Positions 26,318 through 37,257 are shown, counted from the stretch's first letter. The stretch: DNA of 64,000 nt from Deltaproteobacteria bacterium (GCA_016210045.1 JACQUX010000038.1:165139-229138); one strand, 5' to 3'. Numbers and translations are program-made. The notes: generated from the sequence alone by a model not told the origin.

Positions 26318-27919
26318 ATGAAACGATCGGCTCCTATTAGCGGTGTGGCGATTGTCCTGACGCTGCTCGTGGTCAATTTCTTGGCGAGTAGGCATTTCGC
26401 GCGACTCGATCTGACCGCGAATCGCGAATATACGCTGGCTGCGGCCACGAAAGAGACGCTGCGCGGTTTGCAAGACGTGATCACGATCCGCGAATATTTC
26501 AGCCGGGATCTGCCGCCGCAGCTGACGTCGATCAAGCGCGGTGTTACGGACATTCTCGGCGAATACCAACGCTATGGCGCGGAGAATATCCAAGTCGAAG
26601 TCCTCGATCCGCAGGCCAATCCGCAGACCGAACGCGAAGTGATGATCCTCGGGATCAACCCGCTGGAAGTGAATGTGGTCAAGAAAGACAAGCAGGAATT
26701 GGCGCGCGTCTTCATGGGCCTCGTGTTGTTGTACGGCGACGACAAAGAAATCATTCAAATCGACCCGCGCGAGCCGACGCGTCATTTGGAAGAATGGCTG
26801 ACCGGCGGGATCGTGAAGCTGACGCGGGACAAACAACCGAAGATCGGTTGGGCGGCGCCGACCACGCGGCCGGAAGGCTCCGGATTCAACATCGCGCGTA
26901 AGTTCTTAGAAGAACGCTACGGCGTGGAGAACATCGACGCCAAGTCGCCGCAACTCGACCCGACGAAACTCGACGCGGTCGTGCTGGTCTCTCCGCAAGA
27001 CGCGACGCCGGAGCTGCCGTACGCGCTCGATCAATATCTCGGCGCCGGCGGAAAAGTCGTGTTGTTCCTCGACCGCGTGCAAGTCGAAGAACGCGGCTTT
27101 AGCGGGACCAAGCAGGCGTCCGGATTGGAACCGCTCTTGGAGGCCTATGGCGTGCAGAGCACCGGCAAGCTCGTCGCCGATGCCTCGGCGAATTATGCCT
27201 CGTTCCAATCGCAGATGTTATCGCAGATGTTCACGTACACCGTGCCGTATCCCTTTTGGCCGGCATTGCGCGGCGCCGGCCTGGACCGCGAGCATCCGGT
27301 CGTGAGCAAATTGGAACTCTTGACGTTGCCGTGGGCGACTGCGCTCGAAGTAGCGGCGACCGTCCCGGCGGGGCTGACGGCGAAGGTGTTGGCGCGGACT
27401 TCACCGAAGAGCGGGTTGTTGGCGGGCGAGCCGCCGTACACGCTCGATCCGGAGTCAGCCGCCGGCGCGATTCCGGCCAATCCCGGCGCCGGGTTCCCAT
27501 TGATTGTCGCCGTGGATGGCCAATTTCCGGATGCGTTCGCGGCCGGAGGATTGGCACGACCGGTCTCTGCGGAAGGAAAACCCGCACTGCCGCGCGGGAC
27601 GACGCCGGGCCGCCTGATTGTGATCGGGACCGCGCATTTGTTGGAAGATCGTTTCGTCGGACAGCGCCAATTCGCCGAAGGTGTCGCGTTTTTTGCCAAC
27701 GTGATCGATCACTGCACGATCGGCGACGCGTTGATCGGGATCCGTTCTCGTCCCGTCACCGCGCGACCGATCAGCCGCGATTTTTCCGAAGCGGATCGCG
27801 CGCTGATTCGCTATGCGAACTTGATCGGCGTGCCGTTGTTAGTGGTCGGCGCCGGGTTGTTCTGCCTGGCGCTGCGCCGCAAACGCTGGGCCGCGCTGCG
27901 CGCCGTGTACGGGCAATAA
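26318..27919 (+). CDS. GldG-family protein (ABC-type uncharacterized transport system auxiliary component)
   Basis: N-terminal TM anchor, large periplasmic domain, C-terminal TM. Its position after the ABC-2 permease is characteristic of GldG-like proteins. Confidence 0.65.
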   Translation: MKRSAPISGVAIVLTLLVVNFLASRHFARLDLTANREYTLAAATKETLRGLQDVITIREYFSRDLPPQLTSIKRGVTDILGEYQRYGAENIQVEVLDPQANPQTEREVMILGINPLEVNVVKKDKQELARVFMGLVLLYGDDKEIIQIDPREPTRHLEEWLTGGIVKLTRDKQPKIGWAAPTTRPEGSGFNIARKFLEERYGVENIDAKSPQLDPTKLDAVVLVSPQDATPELPYALDQYLGAGGKVVLFLDRVQVEERGFSGTKQASGLEPLLEAYGVQSTGKLVADASANYASFQSQMLSQMFTYTVPYPFWPALRGAGLDREHPVVSKLELLTLPWATALEVAATVPAGLTAKVLARTSPKSGLLAGEPPYTLDPESAAGAIPANPGAGFPLIVAVDGQFPDAFAAGGLARPVSAEGKPALPRGTTPGRLIVIGTAHLLEDRFVGQRQFAEGVAFFANVIDHCTIGDALIGIRSRPVTARPISRDFSEADRALIRYANLIGVPLLVVGAGLFCLALRRKRWAALRAVYGQ

Positions 27920-27922
27920 CGT

Positions 27923-28984
27923 ATGCAACTCAAACATCGTCCTTATTGGTACCTCCTCTTCGCGATCGCATTCGCCGGCGTGGTCCTCTGGATCGAACGG
28001 CCGGATCGGGAATCGATTCGTGTCGCGGAGTCGCAGCCACTATTCGCCGGGTTGCAGTCTGAACAGATCGCGCGGATCGAGATCGAGCAACTGCTGGATG
28101 GCGTACAGTTGGTCCGCGACGGGACGCAATGGATGATCCGCCCGTTGACGTCGACGTTGAAGGCCTCGGTGACCGAGGCGGAGGCGCAGCCGACTGCGGA
28201 TGCCCCGGAGACTGTGTCGGCCGCGCCGGCGTCGCCAGCCGACGCGACGCTGATTGCATCGGCGTTGGAGACGTTGACGAAACTCGAAGTCGGCGGCGTA
28301 GCGAGCCGGAATCCGGACGCGCACGACAAATTGCAAGTCGGAAAACTGGCGCTGCAAGTGCGCGCGTTCGACGCCGCAGGCAAGGCGTTGGCCTCGCTGC
28401 GGATCGGCGGCCAAGGCCCCGATTTCCTGAGCAGCTACGTGCGCGCCGGCGACGCGCCGAATGTCTATTTGGTTCGCCAACAATTGCGCAGCCATTTCCC
28501 GACCCGCTTGGCGCCATGGCGCGATAAAGTGATTTGGAAGCTCGACCCGGATCTAATCACGTCCGTGCAACTCGACCGCAAGACCGGCAACTTGGCGATC
28601 GCGAAACAGCCCGATGGCTTATTCGCGCGCAGCGATGTCGCCACGCCAACTCCGCTGGATGCGGCGAAATTGCGGGAGTGGTTCAGCGGCTGGACCGGAC
28701 TCAATGCCGTCGAGATCGCGGAAACTGCGGATCCGAAAACCACCGGTCTCGACGACACGAAAGATCGTTTGATTGTCAAATTGCAAGATGGGACCGAACG
28801 GATGCTGTTGCTCGGTAAAGCGGCCACGCACGGCTCCTACTTCGCGAAGCTAGCCGACCGCGATACCGTGTTCGTGTTGCCGACGACTTTCCAATCCGTG
28901 ATGACCGCCGACGTCGCCCAATGGGTCCCAGCCGCCGAACCGCCCGCTTCCACCGCCGAGTCGTCTGCGCCGGTTGCGGAATAA
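27923..28984 (+). CDS. DUF4340-like protein (usual fourth gene of GldA/F/G-type ABC clusters)
   Basis: N-terminal TM anchor plus periplasmic domain. Assigned by position and general architecture only, with no specific motif. Confidence 0.5.
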   Translation: MQLKHRPYWYLLFAIAFAGVVLWIERPDRESIRVAESQPLFAGLQSEQIARIEIEQLLDGVQLVRDGTQWMIRPLTSTLKASVTEAEAQPTADAPETVSAAPASPADATLIASALETLTKLEVGGVASRNPDAHDKLQVGKLALQVRAFDAAGKALASLRIGGQGPDFLSSYVRAGDAPNVYLVRQQLRSHFPTRLAPWRDKVIWKLDPDLITSVQLDRKTGNLAIAKQPDGLFARSDVATPTPLDAAKLREWFSGWTGLNAVEIAETADPKTTGLDDTKDRLIVKLQDGTERMLLLGKAATHGSYFAKLADRDTVFVLPTTFQSVMTADVAQWVPAAEPPASTAESSAPVAE

Positions 28985-29002
28985 CGCACTGCCTTGCCGT
29001 TA

Positions 29003-29493
29003 TCTCTACGGATCCACGACCGGCAGCCAGCGGTCCAATTCGCCGAGGCGGTCTTCCACTGGGGGCTGGCAAGTATACTCCGTCGTCCGGTGAGCGCGAC
29101 GGTGGCGGACGCGGATGCCGCGCTGTTGCTCCGGCCGCTCGCCCTCGCCGTTGTAATCGGAAAAGAGTTCGTACGTGTAATCGCCGTTGTCGAACGCGAC
29201 CGTGAGATACGTCACTTGATACCGCGTATAGCGCGAAAGTCGGAAATGGGCCGACGGCGTTCCGTGGGCAGTGGGAAACGTGAGTTCCAAATGTCCCAAC
29301 TTGCCGAAGCGATATTGCAACGCCGTCAGCGATTCCCGCTGCCGCGTGCCACAGAGCGCCACGACCTTTCCGCTCCCGACGATCGTGCAACTGAAATACG
29401 TCGCCTCCGGCGGACGGCACCAGGTATCGACACTGGCGGCGTGGAGTAGTGAGGGCGGGAGCGACAAGCAAAATGCCAGTGTCAGGTTACGCA
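29003..29493 (-). CDS. Hypothetical secreted protein
   Basis: Starts MRNLTLAFCLSLPPSLLHAAS (signal peptide). The ATG lies 3 nt after the MFS gene stop. No family recognised. Confidence 0.5.
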
Positions 29494-30707
29494 TGTTCCC
29501 TCTTACGAGCCGATGCGTTTGCAGTGGCATCGGCGTGTCCCCACGCCCGATACCCATACATGCACAATCCGCACGCCACCACGCCGGTTGTGCCGCAGAG
29601 TACCCAGCAGGGGCCGAAGCCAAACCAGTCGAGCAATAGGCCGGCACCGAGCGGGCCCACCATGGCCCCAGCTGCGGAGACGGCGTGGGAGATGCCAAAA
29701 AGCCGGCCGCGAAGGTGACGCGGGGATTGTAATGTGATCAACTGATACAGCACTGCTGCGGCCAGCGCCTCGCCGATCGTGACGACGGCCTCGGCCGCCA
29801 AGAGTCCCGGCAGTGTGCGAGCTATGGCAAACAGTGCGGTCCCGGCACCCAGCACGAGCGTGCCGAGGCCGGTGCCGATGAACGGATGCCAGCGACTGAG
29901 CCACGCCGTGAGCGGATATGCGAGGATGATGATCCCGATCGCGTTCCACGAGACGGTCACGCCGTAGACCCAGGTTGGCAGTGCCAACTGCTGATGGATG
30001 TAAAGCGGCAACACGGAGAAGCCGAGGACCATCGGAATCATAAACAGCAGTTCGACCAACATCACGAGCGCGAAACGCCCGACGAAAAACGTTTCCTGGT
30101 CGTCGCGTGCCGTGTCTTCGGTGCTTGTTGTCGACGGCGCATTCCAAATCAACCGCCAGGCGATCGCCCAACAACCCGCCAGCGCCACCGCATTCCACGC
30201 AAAGAGCCACTCGAAGCCCCAGGCCAGCAGCGCGCTGCCGAGCAACGGGGCGATCAAAAAACCGATGTTGATCATCGTGTGATGCAGGCTGAAGGCCTTC
30301 GTCAACTGAGGTCCGGCCATATAATGAGTCAGCAGCGTCGAGGAGGGTGGCCGGACGAGTTCAATACAGACGCCGCAAGCAAAGACGGATGCCACGAGCC
30401 ACGCGACCGAGTGTGCCCGCAACAGCGCGAGAATGGTGACGACACCGCCGGCGTAACTGAGCAGGATGAGCCGCCGGCATCCCCAACGGTCGACCGCGTA
30501 GCCGCCCAATACCGTGGCGAGGATCGAGCCGGCCCCGTAGATGCCCATCGTTTTGGTCGCCTGCGCCGCCGTGAAGTGGAAGCGTTCCGCCAGATACAAG
30601 GCGAGAAACGGAATCACCATCGCCCCGGCCCGAGAAAGGGCCGTCGTCGTGAAGATCCCCAGCACCGGGCCAGGATAGGAACGCAGCAATGTCAGCAAAG
30701 CGCGCAT
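29487..30707 (-). CDS. MFS transporter
   Basis: 406 aa with 12 predicted TM segments and MFS-like loop motifs (GxxxDRxGxR). Confidence 0.85.
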   Translation of the reverse strand: MRALLTLLRSYPGPVLGIFTTTALSRAGAMVIPFLALYLAERFHFTAAQATKTMGIYGAGSILATVLGGYAVDRWGCRRLILLSYAGGVVTILALLRAHSVAWLVASVFACGVCIELVRPPSSTLLTHYMAGPQLTKAFSLHHTMINIGFLIAPLLGSALLAWGFEWLFAWNAVALAGCWAIAWRLIWNAPSTTSTEDTARDDQETFFVGRFALVMLVELLFMIPMVLGFSVLPLYIHQQLALPTWVYGVTVSWNAIGIIILAYPLTAWLSRWHPFIGTGLGTLVLGAGTALFAIARTLPGLLAAEAVVTIGEALAAAVLYQLITLQSPRHLRGRLFGISHAVSAAGAMVGPLGAGLLLDWFGFGPCWVLCGTTGVVACGLCMYGYRAWGHADATANASARKREHA

Positions 30708-30717
30708 ACGTTACATT

Positions 30718-30790
30718 CATCCGAGTGGGGACAGGTACCTTGCGATCGTTATTTTTCGCGCATTGGAAGGTACCTGTCCCCACTCGGATG
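30718..30790. repeat. Palindromic hairpin element, family copy 2 (arms CATCCGAGTGGGGACAGGTACCTT)
   Basis: The sequence catccgagtggggacaggtacctt-gcgatcgttatttttcgcgcattgg-aaggtacctgtccccactcggatg lies in the divergent region between the MFS gene and the lytic transglycosylase gene. Confidence 0.7.
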
Positions 30791-30899
30791 GAATTAGAAG
30801 TGGGCTATTAGCATCAGGTGGGCGCGGGTGCAATGGGTGTGTTATCCGACAAAATTGCCGATTGACGAGTGGCGATGCTGTGGATAAGTAGCGCCCTCT

Positions 30900-31505
30900 A
30901 TGTCTCGTACCCCGCGTCCTCGGATTCGTTGGTCCATTGGGCTGGCGTTGCTGCTGATCGGTGGCGGCGTGAACTTGTGGCCCGCCCCGACGGCCGTCCG
31001 CTTGGTGGCCCGCGCCGTGCCGTGGGAGGCGGTTGCCGTCACGCGGGGCCGTCCCGCGCTGGGAAAGCGAGTCCAGTTCCGCGGCATCCCCCGCTTGGCG
31101 CAGCACCCGCTGGCGCCGATTATCATCGCGGCCGCAGAGCGGTATCAGCTTGATCCGGCGATCATTGCGGCCATCATTCATGTCGAGTCGGGATTCAATC
31201 CGTTAGCGCGTTCTCCGAAAGGCGCGATGGGGCTGATGCAACTGATGCCGCAGACCGCGGGGCGACTCGGGGTCGAAACGCCGTATGATCCGGCCACGAA
31301 CGTCTTTGCCGGGGCCCGCTACTTCCGCCAAATGCTCAACCGCTTTCATGGCGATTATCTGCTGGCGCTCGCCGCGTACAACGCCGGGCCCGGTGCCGTC
31401 GAACAGCACGGCGGTATTCCTCCGTACGCCGAAACCGTCCAATATGTGCCGAAAGTGATCCGCTACTATCGCCAATACGCGGCCCTCGCGCGTCCCGCCG
31501 GCTAA
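30900..31505 (+). CDS. Lytic transglycosylase (SLT domain) protein
   Basis: Contains ...IHVESGFNPLARSPKGAMGLMQLMPQTA... and ...AYNAGPGAV..., the SLT catalytic Glu region and family motifs. N-terminal signal/TM. Confidence 0.8.
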   Translation: MSRTPRPRIRWSIGLALLLIGGGVNLWPAPTAVRLVARAVPWEAVAVTRGRPALGKRVQFRGIPRLAQHPLAPIIIAAAERYQLDPAIIAAIIHVESGFNPLARSPKGAMGLMQLMPQTAGRLGVETPYDPATNVFAGARYFRQMLNRFHGDYLLALAAYNAGPGAVEQHGGIPPYAETVQYVPKVIRYYRQYAALARPAG

Positions 31506-31508
31506 GCG

Positions 31509-32294
31509 TTACAACAATCCCGCAGCCATCAGCAGGCCGATGACCACGAGCAGCAGCCCCGTGAGCCGCTGGATGGTCGTCATCGTGATCTTGTGGAGGA
31601 ATTGCATCCCGAGCAGGACGCCGCAAACCGCAGCGATGCTGCCGGTCAGGATCATCCGGCCTTCAGCGGTGACAGGGAGCGTCCGCCAGTGGAATGTAGA
31701 CAGCATCGTCCCATACGTCAGCAACCGGATCGCATCCACGGCCAGGCCGATCACCGCGTTGGTCCCGATGAACGCCTGCGGTGTCAGGTCGACTTTCGTG
31801 AGAAACGCGGAACGTAAGGCGCCTTGATGGCCGGAGAGACCGCCGAAAAAGCCGGAGAGCATTCCGCCGAGCGGCAAATATTTGCGGTTGAAGGAGAGGT
31901 GTTTGAATCCGGGGTGCAACTCCAGCACTGCAAAGCCCAAGATGAGTACGCCTAAGACGAATGACAGCGGACTGACGTCGCGTGCGCCGAAACATTGGTA
32001 CGAAAACCATGGAGGGAGATGCGCCAGTCGGACCAGCAATACCGCTCCCACATAGGCCGTCGCAATGGCCGCAAGCCCGAAGCGCCAGACGATTTTGAAA
32101 TCGGCCAGTCGGCCTGCGACCAGCACCTTGAGTACATTATTAGCGCCATGGACGATCGCGGTCGCGGCGACGGCCATATCGGTGGGGAGGAAGATCGCGA
32201 ACACGGGCAACAGAATGGTGCCGAGACCGAATCCGGAAAAGAGGGAAAGAAACGATGCCCCCAACGAAACCACGGCTATGAGTACGAGATCCAT
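31509..32294 (-). CDS. Sulfite exporter TauE/SafE family (DUF81) membrane protein
   Basis: 261 aa, 7-8 TM helices with the duplicated GxGGG-like motifs of the TauE/SafE family. Confidence 0.75.
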   Translation of the reverse strand: MDLVLIAVVSLGASFLSLFSGFGLGTILLPVFAIFLPTDMAVAATAIVHGANNVLKVLVAGRLADFKIVWRFGLAAIATAYVGAVLLVRLAHLPPWFSYQCFGARDVSPLSFVLGVLILGFAVLELHPGFKHLSFNRKYLPLGGMLSGFFGGLSGHQGALRSAFLTKVDLTPQAFIGTNAVIGLAVDAIRLLTYGTMLSTFHWRTLPVTAEGRMILTGSIAAVCGVLLGMQFLHKITMTTIQRLTGLLLVVIGLLMAAGLL

Positions 32295-32359
32295 CGGCTG
32301 ATAGCGAATGTCTCTCGCACGAAATCATCCGGATTGTCTAGGGTGGTATTGCCGTGTCG

Positions 32360-33520
32360 TTAGATCTCGGGGAGAAATCCGAGCCGATCGAGCGTTTCGA
32401 CTACGCTGTCGAGTGAAGGCGCTGCAGCTGCGGCGGCTCTTGGGGCCGGGCGTTTTTGGACGATTCGTAGCGGATTGCGAGCGATCGCCGTCATGAGCGC
32501 TGGGCTCCACGGGGCTTGCGTCAGATGGTAACGCCGGAGGGCCGCCTTCGTGAGCGCCATACGGGCTTTGGGTGGATCGAGATGCCAATCGACCAGTAAA
32601 TGTTGCCACGCCGGCGGGACTGCGAGTTTTTGTTCCATCAGTTGCGTCGCATGTTCCACGCCCTTCACGAGGACTTCCACGGTGATCCACGCATCGCTGA
32701 TCCGATCCACCAAGTCCGCACAATAGCCAGCCAGGCCTCCGTAGTCGGCGTCACATTCGGTCGCGACGCGCTGCAAGTCCGCTAGCGGCGGGAAACAGGC
32801 GGCAAAGCGATCGAGCTTGTGTCGCAGCGTCGTCCGGAATCGGATTTCGTCGATGAGATTCGCAAAGGCCAGCGCAGGATCGCGGTCGGCAAGGAGCTCG
32901 ATTTCGAGCGTCACGGGATCGCGGCTGGTCATCCGTGCCAGCCCTAACGCGAAATCTCGTTCTTCGGGTGGCGTCTCGGCGACGTGATAGCGAATGACGA
33001 GAGGCTCCCGAGGATCTGGAGCCATTTGCCGCAGGGCCGAGGCATAGATGCAGCGGCGCGGATCCGAGGTATTCGAGAGTGGCGCGATCAGGTCCAATGG
33101 GCTGAGTTTGCCGGCCAACGCTGCCGTGTTGCGGTGTTGCGTGGCACGGCGTGCGCGTTCCGCGCTACGACTGGGATGCGGTGGTCGTTCCGCGCGCCGA
33201 GGCGCCGCATCTTCTGCCGGGGGCACGCGGCTCTCGAAGAGGCGCCGTGCGAGCAAAACGGTGCCGGGGACGAAGCGCGCGACGCGCGCATGAGCCGTGG
33301 GCGCGCCGGGTGCGCGGAGTGCCACGGGCGCTGCGCGTTGCATCGGCTTTGGTATTAATGGTGTCGGGGCGCCGGGAAATACGTGCAATTTCCCGCCAAT
33401 GGCAGTGCCGGTGCCCGGGCGCAACTTGCCGCCCCCGCCCATGCGGCCCCGAAACGGTCCAAAAGGTCCTCCCCCGGGTCCCCGGGGCGGTCGCGTACCC
33501 ATCATAAGAGGTATCGGCAA
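32360..33520 (-). CDS. Hypothetical protein; the Gly/Pro-rich N-terminus may be a start-codon over-extension
   Basis: Long ORF with coding-like C-terminal two-thirds and no recognisable family. Divergent from the two-component operon. Confidence 0.4.
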   Translation of the reverse strand: MPIPLMMGTRPPRGPGGGPFGPFRGRMGGGGKLRPGTGTAIGGKLHVFPGAPTPLIPKPMQRAAPVALRAPGAPTAHARVARFVPGTVLLARRLFESRVPPAEDAAPRRAERPPHPSRSAERARRATQHRNTAALAGKLSPLDLIAPLSNTSDPRRCIYASALRQMAPDPREPLVIRYHVAETPPEERDFALGLARMTSRDPVTLEIELLADRDPALAFANLIDEIRFRTTLRHKLDRFAACFPPLADLQRVATECDADYGGLAGYCADLVDRISDAWITVEVLVKGVEHATQLMEQKLAVPPAWQHLLVDWHLDPPKARMALTKAALRRYHLTQAPWSPALMTAIARNPLRIVQKRPAPRAAAAAAPSLDSVVETLDRLGFLPEI

Positions 33521-33668
33521 TCTGCCGGAAAAGTTGTGTCAGTCGGCGAACGACAAGTGCACGGCGGACGCGTATCGCAGAACGAACGGCGCCGTGCAAC
33601 GGAAATGATTTGATATCGAATGACTGCGGTCATGGCGTCTCGGCGTCGGCAGGCGTCCGATAGCCGGT

Positions 33669-35276
33669 ATGGGGCCGCAAGCGCGCACACTCAGCATAAA
33701 ACACCGGATCTTGCTGTTCTCCGTGGTGGGACTCGGTATCTCGATCGCGATGGTCTTGATGTACAGCGTGGCCCATGTGCGCGAGGCGATCGACCGCAGG
33801 GTCACCGAACAACAGCGCGTGACGACGTTGGTGGCTCGGCATCTGGATCACGTGCTGCAATCCCAACTCACAACGTTGAGCGGGCTTTCGCTGTTGCCGG
33901 GCGTGGATCTGCACGACGCCGATTGGGAGCCGGAGCGGGTGGCAATTCACGGCATGGTCCGCACGTCACTTTTTCGGAAGGGGATTTTTTTGCAAGACGC
34001 GCAAGGCGCGGTCCCGTTGCGCGAGCCGATGGATGCCCTCGTGCCGGCGGTCGCGTGGTCGGCCGTATCGTTGCATAAACCGTTAGTGACGACGGTGACG
34101 GCCGACGGGGCGGGGGGCGCGCGGTGGATCCTCATGGTGTTGCCGTTGCGTGACGGGCGCGGGGGCAGCTTCGGTATCATCGGCGGCCTGATCGACCCGG
34201 CCCAGACGGGATGGGTCACGGCGCTGTTTCCGGCAGCGGCCGACCTTCCAGGCATGATCGAGGTGTTGGATCGCGATGGCGTCGCGGTGTGGCGCACGGG
34301 ATGGTCCGACACCACCGCTGTCACGACGGCGCATGATGATGTCTCCGCGACCGTCACGGAGGCCGCGCTGGCCGTGGCGCCGTGGCGAGTGTCTGTGCGG
34401 CAACCGCGAAGCGCGGCGTGGCGGTCTGTGATGTCGTTGCAAACGCGAGCCGTCTTGCTGGCCCTGTTGCTTTTGCTGGTCGGACTCGGGTTTGCGCTCG
34501 GCATGGCCCGCAGTGTGACGCGCCCGATCGCGGTGTTGCAACGGAGCGCGCAGCAGATCGCCGATGGGGATTTCGCGCGGCCGGTCCCGCTGCTGGGCGG
34601 CGACGAACTGGGCGTGCTCAGTCGCCACTTCGAAGTGATGCGGGTCCGGTTGTTTTCCTGGCATCGGGAACTGGAAGGAAAAATCCGGGAACGCACCCAG
34701 AAGATCATTACGGCACAAGAGGAAGAACGGAAGCGGATTGCACGGGAGCTGCACGACGACTTGGCGCAAAAGATGGCCGCGCTGCTGCTGAAACTCGAGT
34801 TGCAGCGGCCGGAGGAGGCGCGCGCATTGGCCATTCAAGTGCTCGACGACATGCAGCGGTTAATGCGCAATTTGCGGCCGTCGATCTTGGACGATGTCGG
34901 ACTCAATTCGGCGATCCGCTGGTTGGTGAAACACAATCTCACGGCGACGGGCGTTGCGACGCAATTGTTTCTCGATGAGTCGCATCCGCGCTTGGCGCCG
35001 GCGCTGGAAACGGCTGTCTTTCGCGTGGTGCAGGAAGCGGTGGCAAACGTCTGTCGTCATGCGGCGGCGCAGCGAGTCGTCATTTGCACGCAACAGCAAC
35101 ACGACGTACTCCACGTCACGATTGAAGATGACGGTTGCGGATTCGATCCCGCGGCGGCCGCGAGCTTCGGGATTGCAGGGATGCAAGAGCGGGTCGCGTT
35201 AGTCGACGGGCGGATGCAGATCGACGCGGTCCCGGGACGCGGCACGAAGATCCGCGTGGAGGTTCCACTGCGATGA
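33669..35276 (+). CDS. Sensor histidine kinase, NarL/HisKA_3 type, with two TM segments and HAMP-like linker
   Basis: Two hydrophobic segments flank a ~230 aa periplasmic region. H-box EERKRIARELHDDLAQ (HisKA_3). C-terminal HATPase with N box, EDDGCGF and G2 motifs. Confidence 0.85.
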   Translation: MGPQARTLSIKHRILLFSVVGLGISIAMVLMYSVAHVREAIDRRVTEQQRVTTLVARHLDHVLQSQLTTLSGLSLLPGVDLHDADWEPERVAIHGMVRTSLFRKGIFLQDAQGAVPLREPMDALVPAVAWSAVSLHKPLVTTVTADGAGGARWILMVLPLRDGRGGSFGIIGGLIDPAQTGWVTALFPAAADLPGMIEVLDRDGVAVWRTGWSDTTAVTTAHDDVSATVTEAALAVAPWRVSVRQPRSAAWRSVMSLQTRAVLLALLLLLVGLGFALGMARSVTRPIAVLQRSAQQIADGDFARPVPLLGGDELGVLSRHFEVMRVRLFSWHRELEGKIRERTQKIITAQEEERKRIARELHDDLAQKMAALLLKLELQRPEEARALAIQVLDDMQRLMRNLRPSILDDVGLNSAIRWLVKHNLTATGVATQLFLDESHPRLAPALETAVFRVVQEAVANVCRHAAAQRVVICTQQQHDVLHVTIEDDGCGFDPAAAASFGIAGMQERVALVDGRMQIDAVPGRGTKIRVEVPLR

Positions 35277-35950
35277 CACCCATCACGGCCACGATTAATG
35301 TGCTGATTGTCGATGATCACGCGATTTTGCGGGAGGGCATCCGCGCGTTGCTCGCGGCCGCGGAGGATATGGTGGTGGTCGGTGAGGCGGCCAATGGCCA
35401 AGAGGCGATCGAGCGGGTTGAGGAACGGCGGCCGGATGTCGTCTTGATGGATATCGCGATGCCGGGGCTCGGTGGGCTCGAAGCCACGCGGCAGGTCTGC
35501 GTGCGGAGTAAAGTCCTGATCCTCACGCAGTACGACAATCCGGAGTATATCTATCGCGCATTCAAGTCCGGTGCCTTGGGCTACATTCTGAAACGCGCCC
35601 TTGGGAGTGAACTGTTGACCGCGATTCGCGCGGTGCATCGCGGCCGCACTTATCTCGATCCGACGATCGCGTCCGACGTCATTGCCGGATATCTGCGTGA
35701 TCGGGGGGAGCACGTAGTGACCGATCCGTACGAACTCTTGACGGATCGCGAGCGCCAAGTGCTGAAACTCTTCGCGGAAGGTTGCACGGCGAAAGAAGTG
35801 GCGACGGTATTGAAAGTCAGCGTGAAGACAGCGGGGGCGCATCGTGACAACCTGATGCGCAAGTTAGGGCTCCATAATCGGGCCGCGCTGGTGCGGTTCG
35901 CGATCGAAAAAGGCGTGCTCTCGGGCATTAAAGAGGGAGAAATCGGGTGA
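35272..35950 (+). CDS. Response regulator, NarL/LuxR family (REC + HTH)
   Basis: REC domain (VLIVDDH...DVVLMDIAMPG...) plus C-terminal LuxR-type HTH (LTDRERQVLKLFAEGCTAKEVATVLKVSVKTAGAHRDNLMRKLG). ATGA overlap with the kinase gene. Confidence 0.9.
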
Positions 35951-36013
35951 GTGCCCAATGGTTAAAGTGTGGCCGACATCGTATCTTGGTGGCGAACCAA
36001 GAAGGAGGTACGT

Positions 36014-36208
36014 ATGAAAACCACATTGCAAGCCATCGGGATGCTCGTGACAGGGTCGCTGTTGGGCCTGCTGTACGTCATCTTTCTCCCGTTCATCGGC
36101 TTCACGATGGTGTTCTATCACGGCATCGTGTGGGCGGGGCGGGCGGCGCGACGGGCGGTGAGCCTCTGCGCAGACGCGGTGGAGAGAAGGGTACGGGACA
36201 AGGCATGA
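36014..36208 (+). CDS. Small (64 aa) membrane protein
   Basis: Strong Shine-Dalgarno (AAGGAGG, 6 nt spacer) before the ATG. One long hydrophobic helix (AIGMLVTGSLLGLLYVIFLPFIGFTMVFY). Stop overlaps the cytochrome c gene start. Confidence 0.5.
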   Translation: MKTTLQAIGMLVTGSLLGLLYVIFLPFIGFTMVFYHGIVWAGRAARRAVSLCADAVERRVRDKA

Positions 36209-37257
36209 AGCGCTGCTGGGTGGTCGTGGGGCTGTGCGGGCTGTTGTTGGGGCCGATAGTCGAGGCGCAGAGCCAAGAGAAAAATGCCGCGTGTCTGGCG
36301 TGCCATGACGATCCGACGTTGACCACGTCGTTGTCGAGCGGCGAGTCGCTGGTCTTGCACGTCGACCCGCAGCAGTTTGCCGGATCGGTGCATGGCGCGC
36401 AACTCTCCTGCACCGACTGCCATGATGTGGCGCTGGAGTCGCATCCGAGCGGGACTGTGGCATTTGCGACGCGGCGCCAATATGCGCTGGCGATGTATGA
36501 AAATTGTAAGCGGTGCCATTTTTCCAATTACACCAAATTGTTGGAAAGCGTGCATTACGACATGCTGGCGCAAGGGGCGCTGCACGCGCCGGTCTGCGTC
36601 GATTGCCACGGCGCCCATGATGTGGAACGGCCGGCCGCGGATCGCCAAGGCATCTCGCGGCGCTGTGCCACGTGCCATCATACAATTTATGCTACGTATG
36701 CCACGAGTGTGCATGGCGCGGCGCTGCTCGGCGACAACAACCAAGACGTTCCCGTATGCACCGATTGCCATACGGCCCACAATATTCAGGACCCGCGGTC
36801 CGCGCAATTTCATTTGGAGTCCCCGGAGGTCTGCGGACGGTGTCATGCCAACGCCCCGTTAATGGCCAAATACGGTCTTTCAACGGACGTCTTGCGCACG
36901 TATCTGAACGACTTTCATGGCGTCTCGGTGCAGTTGCATCGACAGGAAGGCGCCCCCGAATCGACCGCAGTGACGGCGGGGTGTATCGATTGTCACGGCG
37001 TTCATAATATCAGTCGAGCCGATGCGCCGAATTCAACCGTCATGAAAACCAATCTCGTCCAACAGTGCCGGCGCTGTCATCCGGAGGCCTCGGAGCACTT
37101 TCCCGATGCGTGGCTGTCGCATTACGAGCCGACGCCGACCAAGGCGCCGCTCGTCTACGCGGTGAAGCTCTTTTATCGGATCTTTATTCCGTTCATCATC
37201 GGGGGGCTGGCGCTCCATATCTTGCTCCATATCTGGCGAGCGATCGTGAATCGATAG
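36205..37257 (+). CDS. Multiheme c-type cytochrome with nine CXXCH motifs, signal peptide and C-terminal membrane anchor
   Basis: Nine haem-binding motifs: CLACH, CTDCH, CKRCH, CVDCH, CATCH, CTDCH, CGRCH, CIDCH, CRRCH. N-terminal signal peptide. C-terminal hydrophobic helix. Confidence 0.85.
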   Translation: MKRCWVVVGLCGLLLGPIVEAQSQEKNAACLACHDDPTLTTSLSSGESLVLHVDPQQFAGSVHGAQLSCTDCHDVALESHPSGTVAFATRRQYALAMYENCKRCHFSNYTKLLESVHYDMLAQGALHAPVCVDCHGAHDVERPAADRQGISRRCATCHHTIYATYATSVHGAALLGDNNQDVPVCTDCHTAHNIQDPRSAQFHLESPEVCGRCHANAPLMAKYGLSTDVLRTYLNDFHGVSVQLHRQEGAPESTAVTAGCIDCHGVHNISRADAPNSTVMKTNLVQQCRRCHPEASEHFPDAWLSHYEPTPTKAPLVYAVKLFYRIFIPFIIGGLALHILLHIWRAIVNR